A stretch of DNA of 28,392 nucleotides, from positions 1 to 28,392 of the forward strand of contig CBDAFS010000010.1 in assembly GCA_965195285.1 (NCBI GenBank). Reading direction: 5' to 3'. Below are positions 8,569-17,142 of the stretch, one piece after another (position 1 is the stretch's first letter; every line of letters begins with the position of its first letter). The notes beneath the pieces are model-generated. The model saw nothing but the letters and a program-made list of their open reading frames with translations, did no database searches and had not been told where the DNA came from. The position numbers were made by a program, and so were the translations under genes. Source of the DNA: an uncultured Aminicenantes bacterium. Lineage in GTDB: Bacteria; Acidobacteriota; Aminicenantia; UBA2199.

Positions 8569-9858
8569 ATGAAAAAAATCACTTTAATACTCGGCGGTAT
8601 AAGAAGCGGTAAATCATATTTCGCTGAAAAAAAAGCGCTGTTTTATTCTGATAAACCGGTATATATCGCCACTTCGATACCATTTGATGAGGAAACAATA
8701 TATAGGATTAAAATTCACAAAAAAAGAAGAAAATTAAAATTCAAATTAATTGAAGAACCTTATGACCTGACAAAGGTATTAAATAATTTATCCAGGCAAA
8801 CGGTTATTATTGACTGTTTAACTTTAAATTTATCAAACAGGTTGCTATTAAAAAAAAAGAACCTGAATCTTGAAAATTTAATTAAGGATGATGAAATATA
8901 TTTAAATAAAATTTATAAAATCATTAATAAGAATGAGTTAAATATTATTTTCGTTAGTAATGAGGTCGGTTGCGCACCGGTAGAAATAAATAAGCTCGGA
9001 AGATATTTTCAAGAACTTCAGGGAAGATGGAACAGAATAATAGCCGGATATGCAAATGAAGTATATAATGTTCAGGCCGGTATAACGAGAACAATTAAGA
9101 AAGAAGATATTTTTCCCTTTAAAATCAGTGCCCCTTCCTACCTGTTACCAACAGGATATATTGAAAATGTAACCTATTTATTGAATAAGGTGGATGATAT
9201 CCAACTTCTACTTTTTGACAGCATGTCAGACGACCCTTTATTTAAGGACAGTACTATAAACACACTTAATTATTTAGCAGAAGAATCAAATATTACTTAT
9301 TCTATTCATATGCAGGTAAGACCTAAAATATTTGAAGATTATGAAAAAAGATTGGATATAACACTATTTACAATAGAGAAATTAAATAAATTAAATATCA
9401 GTTCATTCATGTTCCATTATGACTTGCCGGATAATGTTAAATGGGAAAATTTAAAAGAAAAAGAAGCCAAAGAAATCGATGATAAATATATTATATTTTT
9501 ACAAACCATAAAAAATAATTTTAAAAAAATCAATATATCTCTTGAAAACACAGAAACTCCCTTATCCGCACTCGATAGAGTCGTCTTAAAATGTGATATA
9601 ACTTATTGTATCGATATTGGCCACCTGCTATTTCAAAAAAGAGATCTATCTGAAATTGAAAGCCGATTAATTAAAACCCGTGTTTTACACATACATGGAA
9701 TTGAAAAAAAAGGAAATAAATTTTGTGACCATAAGGCAATAACCTACAATCGAGACATTTTTAAAATTATTGAGAAATTTAAAGGAATTTTAACAATTGA
9801 AAATTATCATCCAACCCTGTTCGAAAAAAGCCTAAAAGTTTTACAAGAATATTTTTAA
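8569..9858 (+). CDS. cobU: Fusion: N-terminal adenosylcobinamide kinase/Cbi-phosphate guanylyltransferase (CobU/CobP, aa ~1-178) + C-terminal AP-endonuclease-2/xylose-isomerase-like TIM barrel resembling cobamide-remodelling phosphodiesterase CbiR (aa ~182-429)
   Basis: CobU motifs GGIRSGKS, YIAT, RIKIHKKRR, IDCLT, VSNEVG, VQAGI. Then FKISAPSY...NVTYL...VDDIQLLLFDS, SIH, SLEN, CIDIGH, HIHG, DH, LTIE, which fit the metal-ligand pattern of AP_endonuc_2 barrels. One uninterrupted 429-aa ORF. Confidence 0.85.
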   Translation: MKKITLILGGIRSGKSYFAEKKALFYSDKPVYIATSIPFDEETIYRIKIHKKRRKLKFKLIEEPYDLTKVLNNLSRQTVIIDCLTLNLSNRLLLKKKNLNLENLIKDDEIYLNKIYKIINKNELNIIFVSNEVGCAPVEINKLGRYFQELQGRWNRIIAGYANEVYNVQAGITRTIKKEDIFPFKISAPSYLLPTGYIENVTYLLNKVDDIQLLLFDSMSDDPLFKDSTINTLNYLAEESNITYSIHMQVRPKIFEDYEKRLDITLFTIEKLNKLNISSFMFHYDLPDNVKWENLKEKEAKEIDDKYIIFLQTIKNNFKKINISLENTETPLSALDRVVLKCDITYCIDIGHLLFQKRDLSEIESRLIKTRVLHIHGIEKKGNKFCDHKAITYNRDIFKIIEKFKGILTIENYHPTLFEKSLKVLQEYF

Positions 9859-9900
9859 CATAAATTATAAAAATGTATAATATTTTATAAATATTATAAA

Positions 9901-10698
9901 ATGAAAAAGATGCAGAGTAACAGAAATGCCGATTATGGAAATGAAATAGAAATACATGATTTAACCTATCAGATAAAGGGAAAAACAATCCTGAATGATG
10001 TAAATTTAAAAATAAAAAAGAGTGATTTCTGGCTGATTTTCGGTCCCAATGGAGCCGGGAAAACAACTTTATTTAAAATTTTGACTGGATTGATCGGGAA
10101 TTATAAAGGCGAAATTCATGTCGATACCGAGAATATAAAGAAAAAATCAAGAAAAGAAATAGCAAAAAAAATTTCTTACCTCCCCCAGTTTGATGAATTT
10201 TCACTCCCGTTATCGGTAAAGGAAATTCTTCTGGCAGGACGATATCCCTACACTTCTTTTTTTAGGGATTATTCAACAAATGATTACGCCATATTGAATG
10301 AGGCTGTTGAACAATTCGGACTCGACGACTTTCTAAATCGGGACATCAATACCCTGAGCGGAGGCGAGCGGAAAAAAGTCATGCTGGCATCCGCTTTTAT
10401 TCAGGATGTATCCATCATTCTCCTGGATGAGCCATTCACATTTCTTGACCCTCAGGCGGCTTCGAATCTGAAAAAAAACCTGGTCACATTGAATAAGGGA
10501 GGGAAAACCATAATCATCATATCCCACCATATCGAAACTTTATTCCCTCTGGTCAATAAAACAGCGGCTTTGAAATCAGGCAATCTCATCTATTCCGGTG
10601 ATAAGGTATTTGACCGGGATATTTTAGCCAAAACTTATGGAATTCAATTCAATCATCTGGTCCTGGAAAACCGAGAAATCATTTTCATCGATGAATAA
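9901..10698 (+). CDS. btuD: ABC transporter ATP-binding subunit (cobalamin/iron-siderophore type, BtuD-like)
   Basis: Walker A GPNGAGKTT, LSGGE signature, ILLDEP Walker B, H-loop ISHH. Confidence 0.85.
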   Translation: MKKMQSNRNADYGNEIEIHDLTYQIKGKTILNDVNLKIKKSDFWLIFGPNGAGKTTLFKILTGLIGNYKGEIHVDTENIKKKSRKEIAKKISYLPQFDEFSLPLSVKEILLAGRYPYTSFFRDYSTNDYAILNEAVEQFGLDDFLNRDINTLSGGERKKVMLASAFIQDVSIILLDEPFTFLDPQAASNLKKNLVTLNKGGKTIIIISHHIETLFPLVNKTAALKSGNLIYSGDKVFDRDILAKTYGIQFNHLVLENREIIFIDE

Positions 10699-11665
10699 AA
10701 AATATCTTCTGCTTTTGATTATTGGCCTTGTAATGGTAATGTTACTCCCCTTTATCGGAATTATTAACATAAATTTAGCTTCTCTTTTTGAGAACAGCAA
10801 CAGCAGTTTTATCTTCTGGCAAATCCGGATTCCCCGGACATTACTGGGATTCATGGCCGGTTCGTCCCTGGCCCTGGCCGGCCTCATTTTTCAAAATATA
10901 TTTAAAAATAGCCTGGCCACACCCTATACCCTGGGAGTGTCTTCCGGTGCAGCGGCTGGTGTTGTCCTGGGTATCAAACTAAATTTATCCATGACTTTTC
11001 TGGGCCTAAACGGTCTTTATATATACGGTTTTGCCGGGGCCCTGCTATCGATCGGGGTGATCCTGGGAATTGCCCGAATAGTAAAGAGTTATTCAATCTA
11101 TACCCTTCTGATGTCCGGAGTGGCTCTTAATTTCCTTTTCTCATCCATTATCGTACTGATTCAATATCTTTTTGATTTCACCCAGACCATTTCCATCCTG
11201 CGCTGGTTGATGGGAGGAATTACCCCTATCGGGTACAAGGAATTATTGTTTTTATTCCCCCTGTATATTTTTTTCATCCTGGGAACTTATTTTTTGAAAA
11301 ATGAGTTGCTCATCGCATCCGCCGGAGAAGAATTTGCCTATTCCAAGGGATTGGATATTCGAAAATTCAGAATCATTATTTTCGTTGCTGTGTCTTTCAT
11401 GATCGGGATTCTGGTTTCTTTTGTCGGCCCCATCGGGTTTATCGGACTGATTGTCCCTCACACTGCCAGACTTTTATTTAAGAGAGACTTCAAGTTAATG
11501 CTTGGTTTTACCATAATTTTAGGAGGAATGCTGCTGACCTTGACTGATTTTTTGGCCCGCACCATGATTCCGCCGGCCGAAATTCCGGTGGGCATCATCA
11601 CTTCATTGATGGGAGCTCCCTTCTTCCTCTTTGTGCTGATCACCCATTTGCGAAAGAGCCGGTGA
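10691..11665 (+). CDS. btuC: FecCD-family ABC permease (BtuC-like)
   Basis: IRIPR...G..LALAGLIFQ..FKN.LA.PY.LGVSSGA; GPIGFIGLIVPH; EIPVGIITSLMGAPFF. ATG 10691 overlaps the btuD stop by 8 nt. Confidence 0.88.
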   Translation: MNKKYLLLLIIGLVMVMLLPFIGIININLASLFENSNSSFIFWQIRIPRTLLGFMAGSSLALAGLIFQNIFKNSLATPYTLGVSSGAAAGVVLGIKLNLSMTFLGLNGLYIYGFAGALLSIGVILGIARIVKSYSIYTLLMSGVALNFLFSSIIVLIQYLFDFTQTISILRWLMGGITPIGYKELLFLFPLYIFFILGTYFLKNELLIASAGEEFAYSKGLDIRKFRIIIFVAVSFMIGILVSFVGPIGFIGLIVPHTARLLFKRDFKLMLGFTIILGGMLLTLTDFLARTMIPPAEIPVGIITSLMGAPFFLFVLITHLRKSR

Positions 11666-13771
11666 AATAATGCCCCGGATAACCATCATGGCTTCCTCCA
11701 GATAATTGTCTTTTTTCAACTGCTTAAACCATTCCTGCCGGATATCTGCGGCAATTTTCCGCTGCTCCCCGGACCGCTCTTCCGCAGCCCCTGAAACCGG
11801 ATTGAGGGCCGTCCCCAATGAGGAGACGGTTATATGGGGGAATTCTTTCTGAAGCTGATCGATCTCTTTTTGCTGCTGCAGCACTTGCTGCTGTTCCTGG
11901 TAAAAGGTTTCAAAGTGGAGGCTTTTCCGCGTATTTTCCCGGGCAGCGCTTAGATTTTCAACATATAATTTCAGGCCCTTAAAATAGGGGTTACTTTCTA
12001 TTCTCTTTTGACTCTCCGAGGAAAGGCTTTCCAGATCAAGCGGGTAGGCATCCCATTTTGAAAAGGAGACGGCAGTGATGGTATCCCAGGGCAGTGAATG
12101 ATCCAGGTATTTTTCACCAATCTCCAGGTAATCAAAGCGGTCCGGGAAAATAATGTCCGGAATAATCCCCTGGAACTGATTGGAGGAGCCGTTAATGCGG
12201 TAAAACTTCTGGATAGTTAATTTCAATGCCCCCAGTTTATCCATTGCTTTCACATCCCGGCCATCTGTGGTAGTAGCCAGATAACGGTCCAAATCAACCA
12301 TGATTTGAACGGTCCCCTTACCATACGATTGGTTGCCGCCCAGTATAACCGCTCTTCCATAATCCTGGAGAGCCGCCGCCAGTATTTCTGAAGCCGAAGC
12401 ACTCAGGACATTGAGCATGACCACCAGCGGTCCGTTAAACTGGATCTTCCGGTCGGTATCCTTCAGAACCCGGATGCCCTGCTGCCGGTTTTTGACCTGA
12501 ACAATCGGTCCCCTGGAGATGAACAGCCCGGAGATGCGGACGGCATCAATCAAAGACCCGCCGCTGTTGTTTCTAAGGTCCAGGACAATTCCGTCCATTT
12601 GTTTCCGGGTGAAATCAGCCAGAATCTTCTTGATATCATCGGTTGCATTCCGGCCCTTGCTGTTGGAAAAATCCCGATAAAACCGGGGCAAATAGATGTA
12701 ACCGATGGTTTTTTTTATTTTTGAATTATACAGATAGGCGGATTTGGCAAAAGATTCCTCGACAATGACCACATCCCGGACAATGGGGATAACCTCTATC
12801 TGTCCGTCCGGTTTCTTAACGGTCAGCCGGACCAGGGTTCCCTTTTTACCCCGGATCAATTTTACTGAATCCACCACCCGCATGCCCACGATATCCACCG
12901 GTTCTTCCTCACCCTGGGCCACCTTCAATATCGAATCACCGGGCTGCAGCTCCTTCTGACGCCAGGACGGGCCGCCCGGAATGATGCGGGCTACTTTGAC
13001 CAGTCCCCCCTCCTCTCTGAGCAGGGCCCCGATTCCCTCGAATTGACCGGTCATCTCAATATCAAAATCTTCCTTCTCCTTGGGAGGCAGGTAATTGGAA
13101 TGGGGGTCAAACACCTGAACCAGGGCATTAAAATAAAGCCGGGAGGCATCATTTTGACTGGTCTGGAGCATTCTGGAAAACTGGGATTTGAAACTTTTCT
13201 CAACCGATTTGCGGGCTTTTGACTCCAGTTCGGGCGAAAAGTCCTTCTGCTCTTTGACCCGGACCAGATTGACATAATTGATCAGGCAATAATATTTTAA
13301 TATTTTCCGCCAGTATTCCTTCAGCTCCGCCCGGTCCTGACAGTAGGCCCGCTTATCGGCATCCAGTTCCAGAGTTTCAAGCTCTGAGAAATCAAAAGGC
13401 CGGGAGAGGATTTCGGCATAAAATCCCATGACCTCCCTTATCCGCTGCTGTAAACGCTGACTGGCCATGATCATCAGGTCCATGTCCCCCTGTTTCAGCC
13501 CATCATCAATGCGGGTCAGATACGGTTTGAGTTCATCGATGTCAGTCTGGATAAAAAATCGCTTGTTATAATCCAGAATCTCCAGGTATTCCTTGAACCC
13601 CTGGATCGAAAAATCATCATTTATTTTCCTTTCACTATAATGAAAGTTTTCCAGGCTCTGATAGAGAAGCCGGGATAATAATTTTTCCCGGGTCAGATCG
13701 CCCTGCCCCTGAACCAGCTGGCCGGCCAGTAAAACCGCCAATACAATCCGTACAATTATTTTCATTTTCAT
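11603..13771 (-). CDS. prc: Carboxy-terminal processing (tail-specific) protease, S41A family
   Basis: Signal peptide; DPHSNY, PDZ (GIGALL...GGP), VLDLRNNSGGSL, SASASEI (catalytic Ser), YGKGTVQ (Lys), KFYRINGSS.Q..G..PDI. Confidence 0.93.
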   Translation of the reverse strand: MKMKIIVRIVLAVLLAGQLVQGQGDLTREKLLSRLLYQSLENFHYSERKINDDFSIQGFKEYLEILDYNKRFFIQTDIDELKPYLTRIDDGLKQGDMDLMIMASQRLQQRIREVMGFYAEILSRPFDFSELETLELDADKRAYCQDRAELKEYWRKILKYYCLINYVNLVRVKEQKDFSPELESKARKSVEKSFKSQFSRMLQTSQNDASRLYFNALVQVFDPHSNYLPPKEKEDFDIEMTGQFEGIGALLREEGGLVKVARIIPGGPSWRQKELQPGDSILKVAQGEEEPVDIVGMRVVDSVKLIRGKKGTLVRLTVKKPDGQIEVIPIVRDVVIVEESFAKSAYLYNSKIKKTIGYIYLPRFYRDFSNSKGRNATDDIKKILADFTRKQMDGIVLDLRNNSGGSLIDAVRISGLFISRGPIVQVKNRQQGIRVLKDTDRKIQFNGPLVVMLNVLSASASEILAAALQDYGRAVILGGNQSYGKGTVQIMVDLDRYLATTTDGRDVKAMDKLGALKLTIQKFYRINGSSNQFQGIIPDIIFPDRFDYLEIGEKYLDHSLPWDTITAVSFSKWDAYPLDLESLSSESQKRIESNPYFKGLKLYVENLSAARENTRKSLHFETFYQEQQQVLQQQKEIDQLQKEFPHITVSSLGTALNPVSGAAEERSGEQRKIAADIRQEWFKQLKKDNYLEEAMMVIRGIISPALSQMGDQHKEEEGSSHQ

Positions 13772-13844
13772 TTTATCCTCTTGTTATCTGTTATACGATA
13801 TTTGGTCCATATTGTATCAAAAAAAATCCCGATTCGCCACCGGT

Positions 13845-15824
13845 TTAAAAAACCGGCCCCACTTTCCGGTTTTCAAGCATCCATTGGCTGGCCTGCAGCA
13901 TGGACAGGCAATAGGTCTTCATTTCAGATGCCAGCACCTTCCGGCTGTTGATATGGTCCCGGGGATCCAGGGAATGATAATGATACAGCGATTCATTCTC
14001 CACGGACCGGATCACCAGAAAATATTCATGGTTCAGACAGCCCACCTTGTCATCACTGCAAAAGTAGATAAAAGGCCGCCTCTCTTTTATCAGGTCGATG
14101 CCAAAGGTATTGTTCACATAGCTCAGGTTCAGCAGCCCCATGATGGTCGGAAACACATCGATCTGCCCGCCAATCCGGGTAAAGCGACGGGGTTCTTTAA
14201 GGATATGGGGAGCATGAATGATGAGGGGGGTATGAAAAAATGACAGGGGCAGGTCATAGGAGTTCCTCACATGGCTGCCGCTGTCGGCAATAAAAACAAA
14301 GATTGTATTGGCATACCACTCCTGGCGGGAGGCCAGTTTCATAAACTTTCCCAGGGCCCAGTCGGCATATTCCACAATCCTGTGTTTCAGTTTCCGGCTC
14401 CGCGGCCGGAAGGGGATATCATCGGGAATGATAAAGGGCTGGTGATTGCTGGCGGATAAAAATACAGCAAAAAAGGGCCGGCCTTCCCGGTTCAGACGGT
14501 TCAGCCGGGGAATAGAAAACTCAAACATATAGTCATCCGGAACTCCCAGGGTGCTCAACACCTTTTCAGCCGGATAGTCATCTTCGGCAATAATTCGGTC
14601 CATTCCATTGGCCCTTAAAAATCCGCCGACATTATCGAACTGATCGTCATGGGTAGTAAAGAATATGGTCTGATAGCCCTGTTGCTTAAGCATATTGGGA
14701 AGCCCCGAATAGACCATTATGGAAGCCCCTTTTAGCGGATTCCGGCGCCTCCAAACCGGGTAGGCAAACAGGCTGGAATATATTCCCGAATAAGTATGGG
14801 TTCCGGCTGTGTAAATATTGTCAAACATATAAGATTCCCCGGCCAGCCGGTCCAGGTTGGGAGTCAGCCGGCGGTTATTGCCGAAATGTTCCATCAGTTC
14901 AGCCGACATGCTCTCCATGATCACCAGAATCACATTGGCACGCAGCGGTTCACCATCTGAAACCACCCGGCGGGCAATGGGCGAATCCTTCGGATCTGAT
15001 TCCCGAATATTGAAATATCTCCTTGCCTGCTCCAGGAACCGGCCGTCATCCATGAAGGCGGGATCCCGATTGTTATCAGCCCTATCATCCAGAATACTTC
15101 TCGTCAGGGTAAAAACCGGGTTCAAACCGAGTTGATTCGGAAACCCGTAAGCGGAAAAATAGGCGGTTCCGACCCGGATCGGGGACTTCACCGCCAGCCG
15201 CCCCCGGATGCCTATAAATATTATAATGGAGAAAAGAATAAAAAAAGCAATTCCATTCACCAGCTGATGAAACCGCGACATACCGGACAGGTTTTTTTTC
15301 TGCCGCTGGATTTTTTTTCTGATCCTCAATAGAAAAAACCAGAATAACACACAGCTCAAGATAAAGGGAAAGATGAATACCCAGTAGCGTACATCTTGAA
15401 TAATCATCTTAAAAACGAAATTCGGATTGTTGGCACCGGCAAAAATTCCGGTGGATGCCCGGGAAAAAAAATGATTAAAATAAGGGACATCAACCGAACA
15501 GATCAGGAAAGCCAGGGAATACAAAATTCCCGTGTAAAGGGTGGATATTTTTAAGACCCATTCATTGTTCCGGTTTCGAAAAAATGAAAAAACCGAAAGA
15601 ACCAGAAAAGGGATGACCAAAATATAGCCGGAAACAACCGTATCAAATCGCAAACCCATTAAAAAAGCCCGTAAAATCAGACTGACGTGGGGAGAAGAAA
15701 GTGCGGACAGCCGGTCCAGGTTGTTGAGAAAAAGCAGGATCCGGAACAGGGTAAAGAAAACCATGCCCATGAGGTACACCCGGACCAAAAACCGGATGTG
15801 CAGGGGAATAAAAATTTTTTTCAT
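13845..15824 (-). CDS. LTA synthase family / alkaline-phosphatase-superfamily membrane phosphotransferase
   Basis: Five N-terminal TM helices (GLRFD motif), NVILVIMES, catalytic-Thr region AGTHT, SNHQPF, YADWALG, QIDVFPT. Confidence 0.85.
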   Translation of the reverse strand: MKKIFIPLHIRFLVRVYLMGMVFFTLFRILLFLNNLDRLSALSSPHVSLILRAFLMGLRFDTVVSGYILVIPFLVLSVFSFFRNRNNEWVLKISTLYTGILYSLAFLICSVDVPYFNHFFSRASTGIFAGANNPNFVFKMIIQDVRYWVFIFPFILSCVLFWFFLLRIRKKIQRQKKNLSGMSRFHQLVNGIAFFILFSIIIFIGIRGRLAVKSPIRVGTAYFSAYGFPNQLGLNPVFTLTRSILDDRADNNRDPAFMDDGRFLEQARRYFNIRESDPKDSPIARRVVSDGEPLRANVILVIMESMSAELMEHFGNNRRLTPNLDRLAGESYMFDNIYTAGTHTYSGIYSSLFAYPVWRRRNPLKGASIMVYSGLPNMLKQQGYQTIFFTTHDDQFDNVGGFLRANGMDRIIAEDDYPAEKVLSTLGVPDDYMFEFSIPRLNRLNREGRPFFAVFLSASNHQPFIIPDDIPFRPRSRKLKHRIVEYADWALGKFMKLASRQEWYANTIFVFIADSGSHVRNSYDLPLSFFHTPLIIHAPHILKEPRRFTRIGGQIDVFPTIMGLLNLSYVNNTFGIDLIKERRPFIYFCSDDKVGCLNHEYFLVIRSVENESLYHYHSLDPRDHINSRKVLASEMKTYCLSMLQASQWMLENRKVGPVF

Positions 15825-15904
15825 TTCAAATCACCCTCAAGGGTTTCACCTACCCCATTCATGGCAGAGATTGGCATAATGTATGTAGTAAATATTTTAT
15901 CACA

Positions 15905-17017
15905 TTAATTTTTTTTGACTGTTCTGACAAAATGATTTGATAAGGCTTTATACAACTTTCCTTGAAATATATTGTCGATTTTTTTCAAACTTTTTAAGCC
16001 AAAAACAAAAGCTATGGCAATCGGATCGGCCCGGTAATCCGTATGCCCTTCATAAAAACCATATCTCATAATGTAATAAGGAGCCATCTCACTGAAATGA
16101 ATACAGCAAAGTTTCTTTTCAAGTTCAGCCATTTGTTTTTTGGAGAGATGGGAATATTTTTTCTCTACATATAATTTTTCTTCAAGGGATAATTGATATT
16201 GAATATTCATACTGAACGTTCCCTGGATTTCATCCTGAAATATGGATACCTGCCATCCCTTGGTTCCACTTGCATTCAGTTTGATCTTCCTCCCATTGTA
16301 AAACACATATTGAATGTTGGCCCAGAACCTCCCCCAGTTTTTTAATTCAATTTCCTTAAGGATGATATTCCAGATATGAAAAAGAGGTTTGGCCATCTGA
16401 GGATGGGTCAGGTTTAGCTTTCTAACCAAACGGTTATCACCTTTCAAAACCGAGATGATGTCTTCATCATGGGCCATGAAACCCGCTCCTGAAAACCTTC
16501 CGGGACATCCAATATAGGTGATAACTTCAACAGGAATACCGGTAATCATGGTTTTTTCATTCAATTGCTGCTCGTTGTGCAGCCCGGTTTTTACCAGATC
16601 AGGAAAATCGCCCGAGTCCACCTCCAGCTGACGGTCTTTTCCAAATAAAGATTTAATTTTTCTGCTATAAAGTAAAGGATTTCCATTTTCTACTGTAACC
16701 GGGATAAGAGTAAATTTATTTTTTTTTGTAAAGGCGATCACCACCTCCATGCCATCCTCAGTCCTGAATGGAGAAGGCACATCGGGCATTTGATCAAGGG
16801 TTTTGGGATAGAGAAGATAGGTTTTTTGATTATGGTAAATCTGAACAGGTTTGTCCTCTGAAGAACCTATTGATTTATCGACAACCAATAAAACAAATAA
16901 TAAAAAAATAATCAACTGTAATTTGGTTTTGCGTATTATTCTTATTCTCCATGCTAAAAATCCATCATCATTATTAATATACCAGTATAATTCTTTATTT
17001 ACAAACGATATGCTCAA
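15905..17017 (-). CDS. Hypothetical, probably exported/membrane-anchored protein (start uncertain)
   Basis: 370-aa ORF with the hydrophobic segment LIIFLLFVLLVV after basic residues; natural-looking composition; no recognisable catalytic motif. Confidence 0.65.
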   Translation of the reverse strand: MSISFVNKELYWYINNDDGFLAWRIRIIRKTKLQLIIFLLFVLLVVDKSIGSSEDKPVQIYHNQKTYLLYPKTLDQMPDVPSPFRTEDGMEVVIAFTKKNKFTLIPVTVENGNPLLYSRKIKSLFGKDRQLEVDSGDFPDLVKTGLHNEQQLNEKTMITGIPVEVITYIGCPGRFSGAGFMAHDEDIISVLKGDNRLVRKLNLTHPQMAKPLFHIWNIILKEIELKNWGRFWANIQYVFYNGRKIKLNASGTKGWQVSIFQDEIQGTFSMNIQYQLSLEEKLYVEKKYSHLSKKQMAELEKKLCCIHFSEMAPYYIMRYGFYEGHTDYRADPIAIAFVFGLKSLKKIDNIFQGKLYKALSNHFVRTVKKN

Positions 17018-17061
17018 TCACAGTCCCCGTTCTTTTTTTTTGCTTAAATTTTGACCATTTA

Positions 17062-17090
17062 TTGACAAAAATTTTTAATTTAAATATTAT
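17062..17090 (+). promoter_or_regulatory. sigma70 promoter for NSS transporter
   Basis: TTGACA (17062-17067), 17 nt, TATTAT (17085-17090). Confidence 0.7.
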
Positions 17091-17142
17091 CTAGTTCTGC
17101 GATTACAATAATGTCATTAAAATTCAGAAGGGTAATTAGAGT

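Noticed and set aside
9112-9858. C-terminal domain as DNA-repair endonuclease IV or sugar isomerase
   Set aside because: Same fold family, but fusion to CobU, the cobS/cobT neighbours and the N-terminal F+I..PSY..P.....NV..L...VDDI.L.LF.S pattern favour CbiR. Not fully excluded without an HMM search.
10637-10690. Longer BtuC start at 10637
   Set aside because: It would overlap btuD by 62 nt; ATG 10691 gives typical stop-start coupling and an immediate TM helix.
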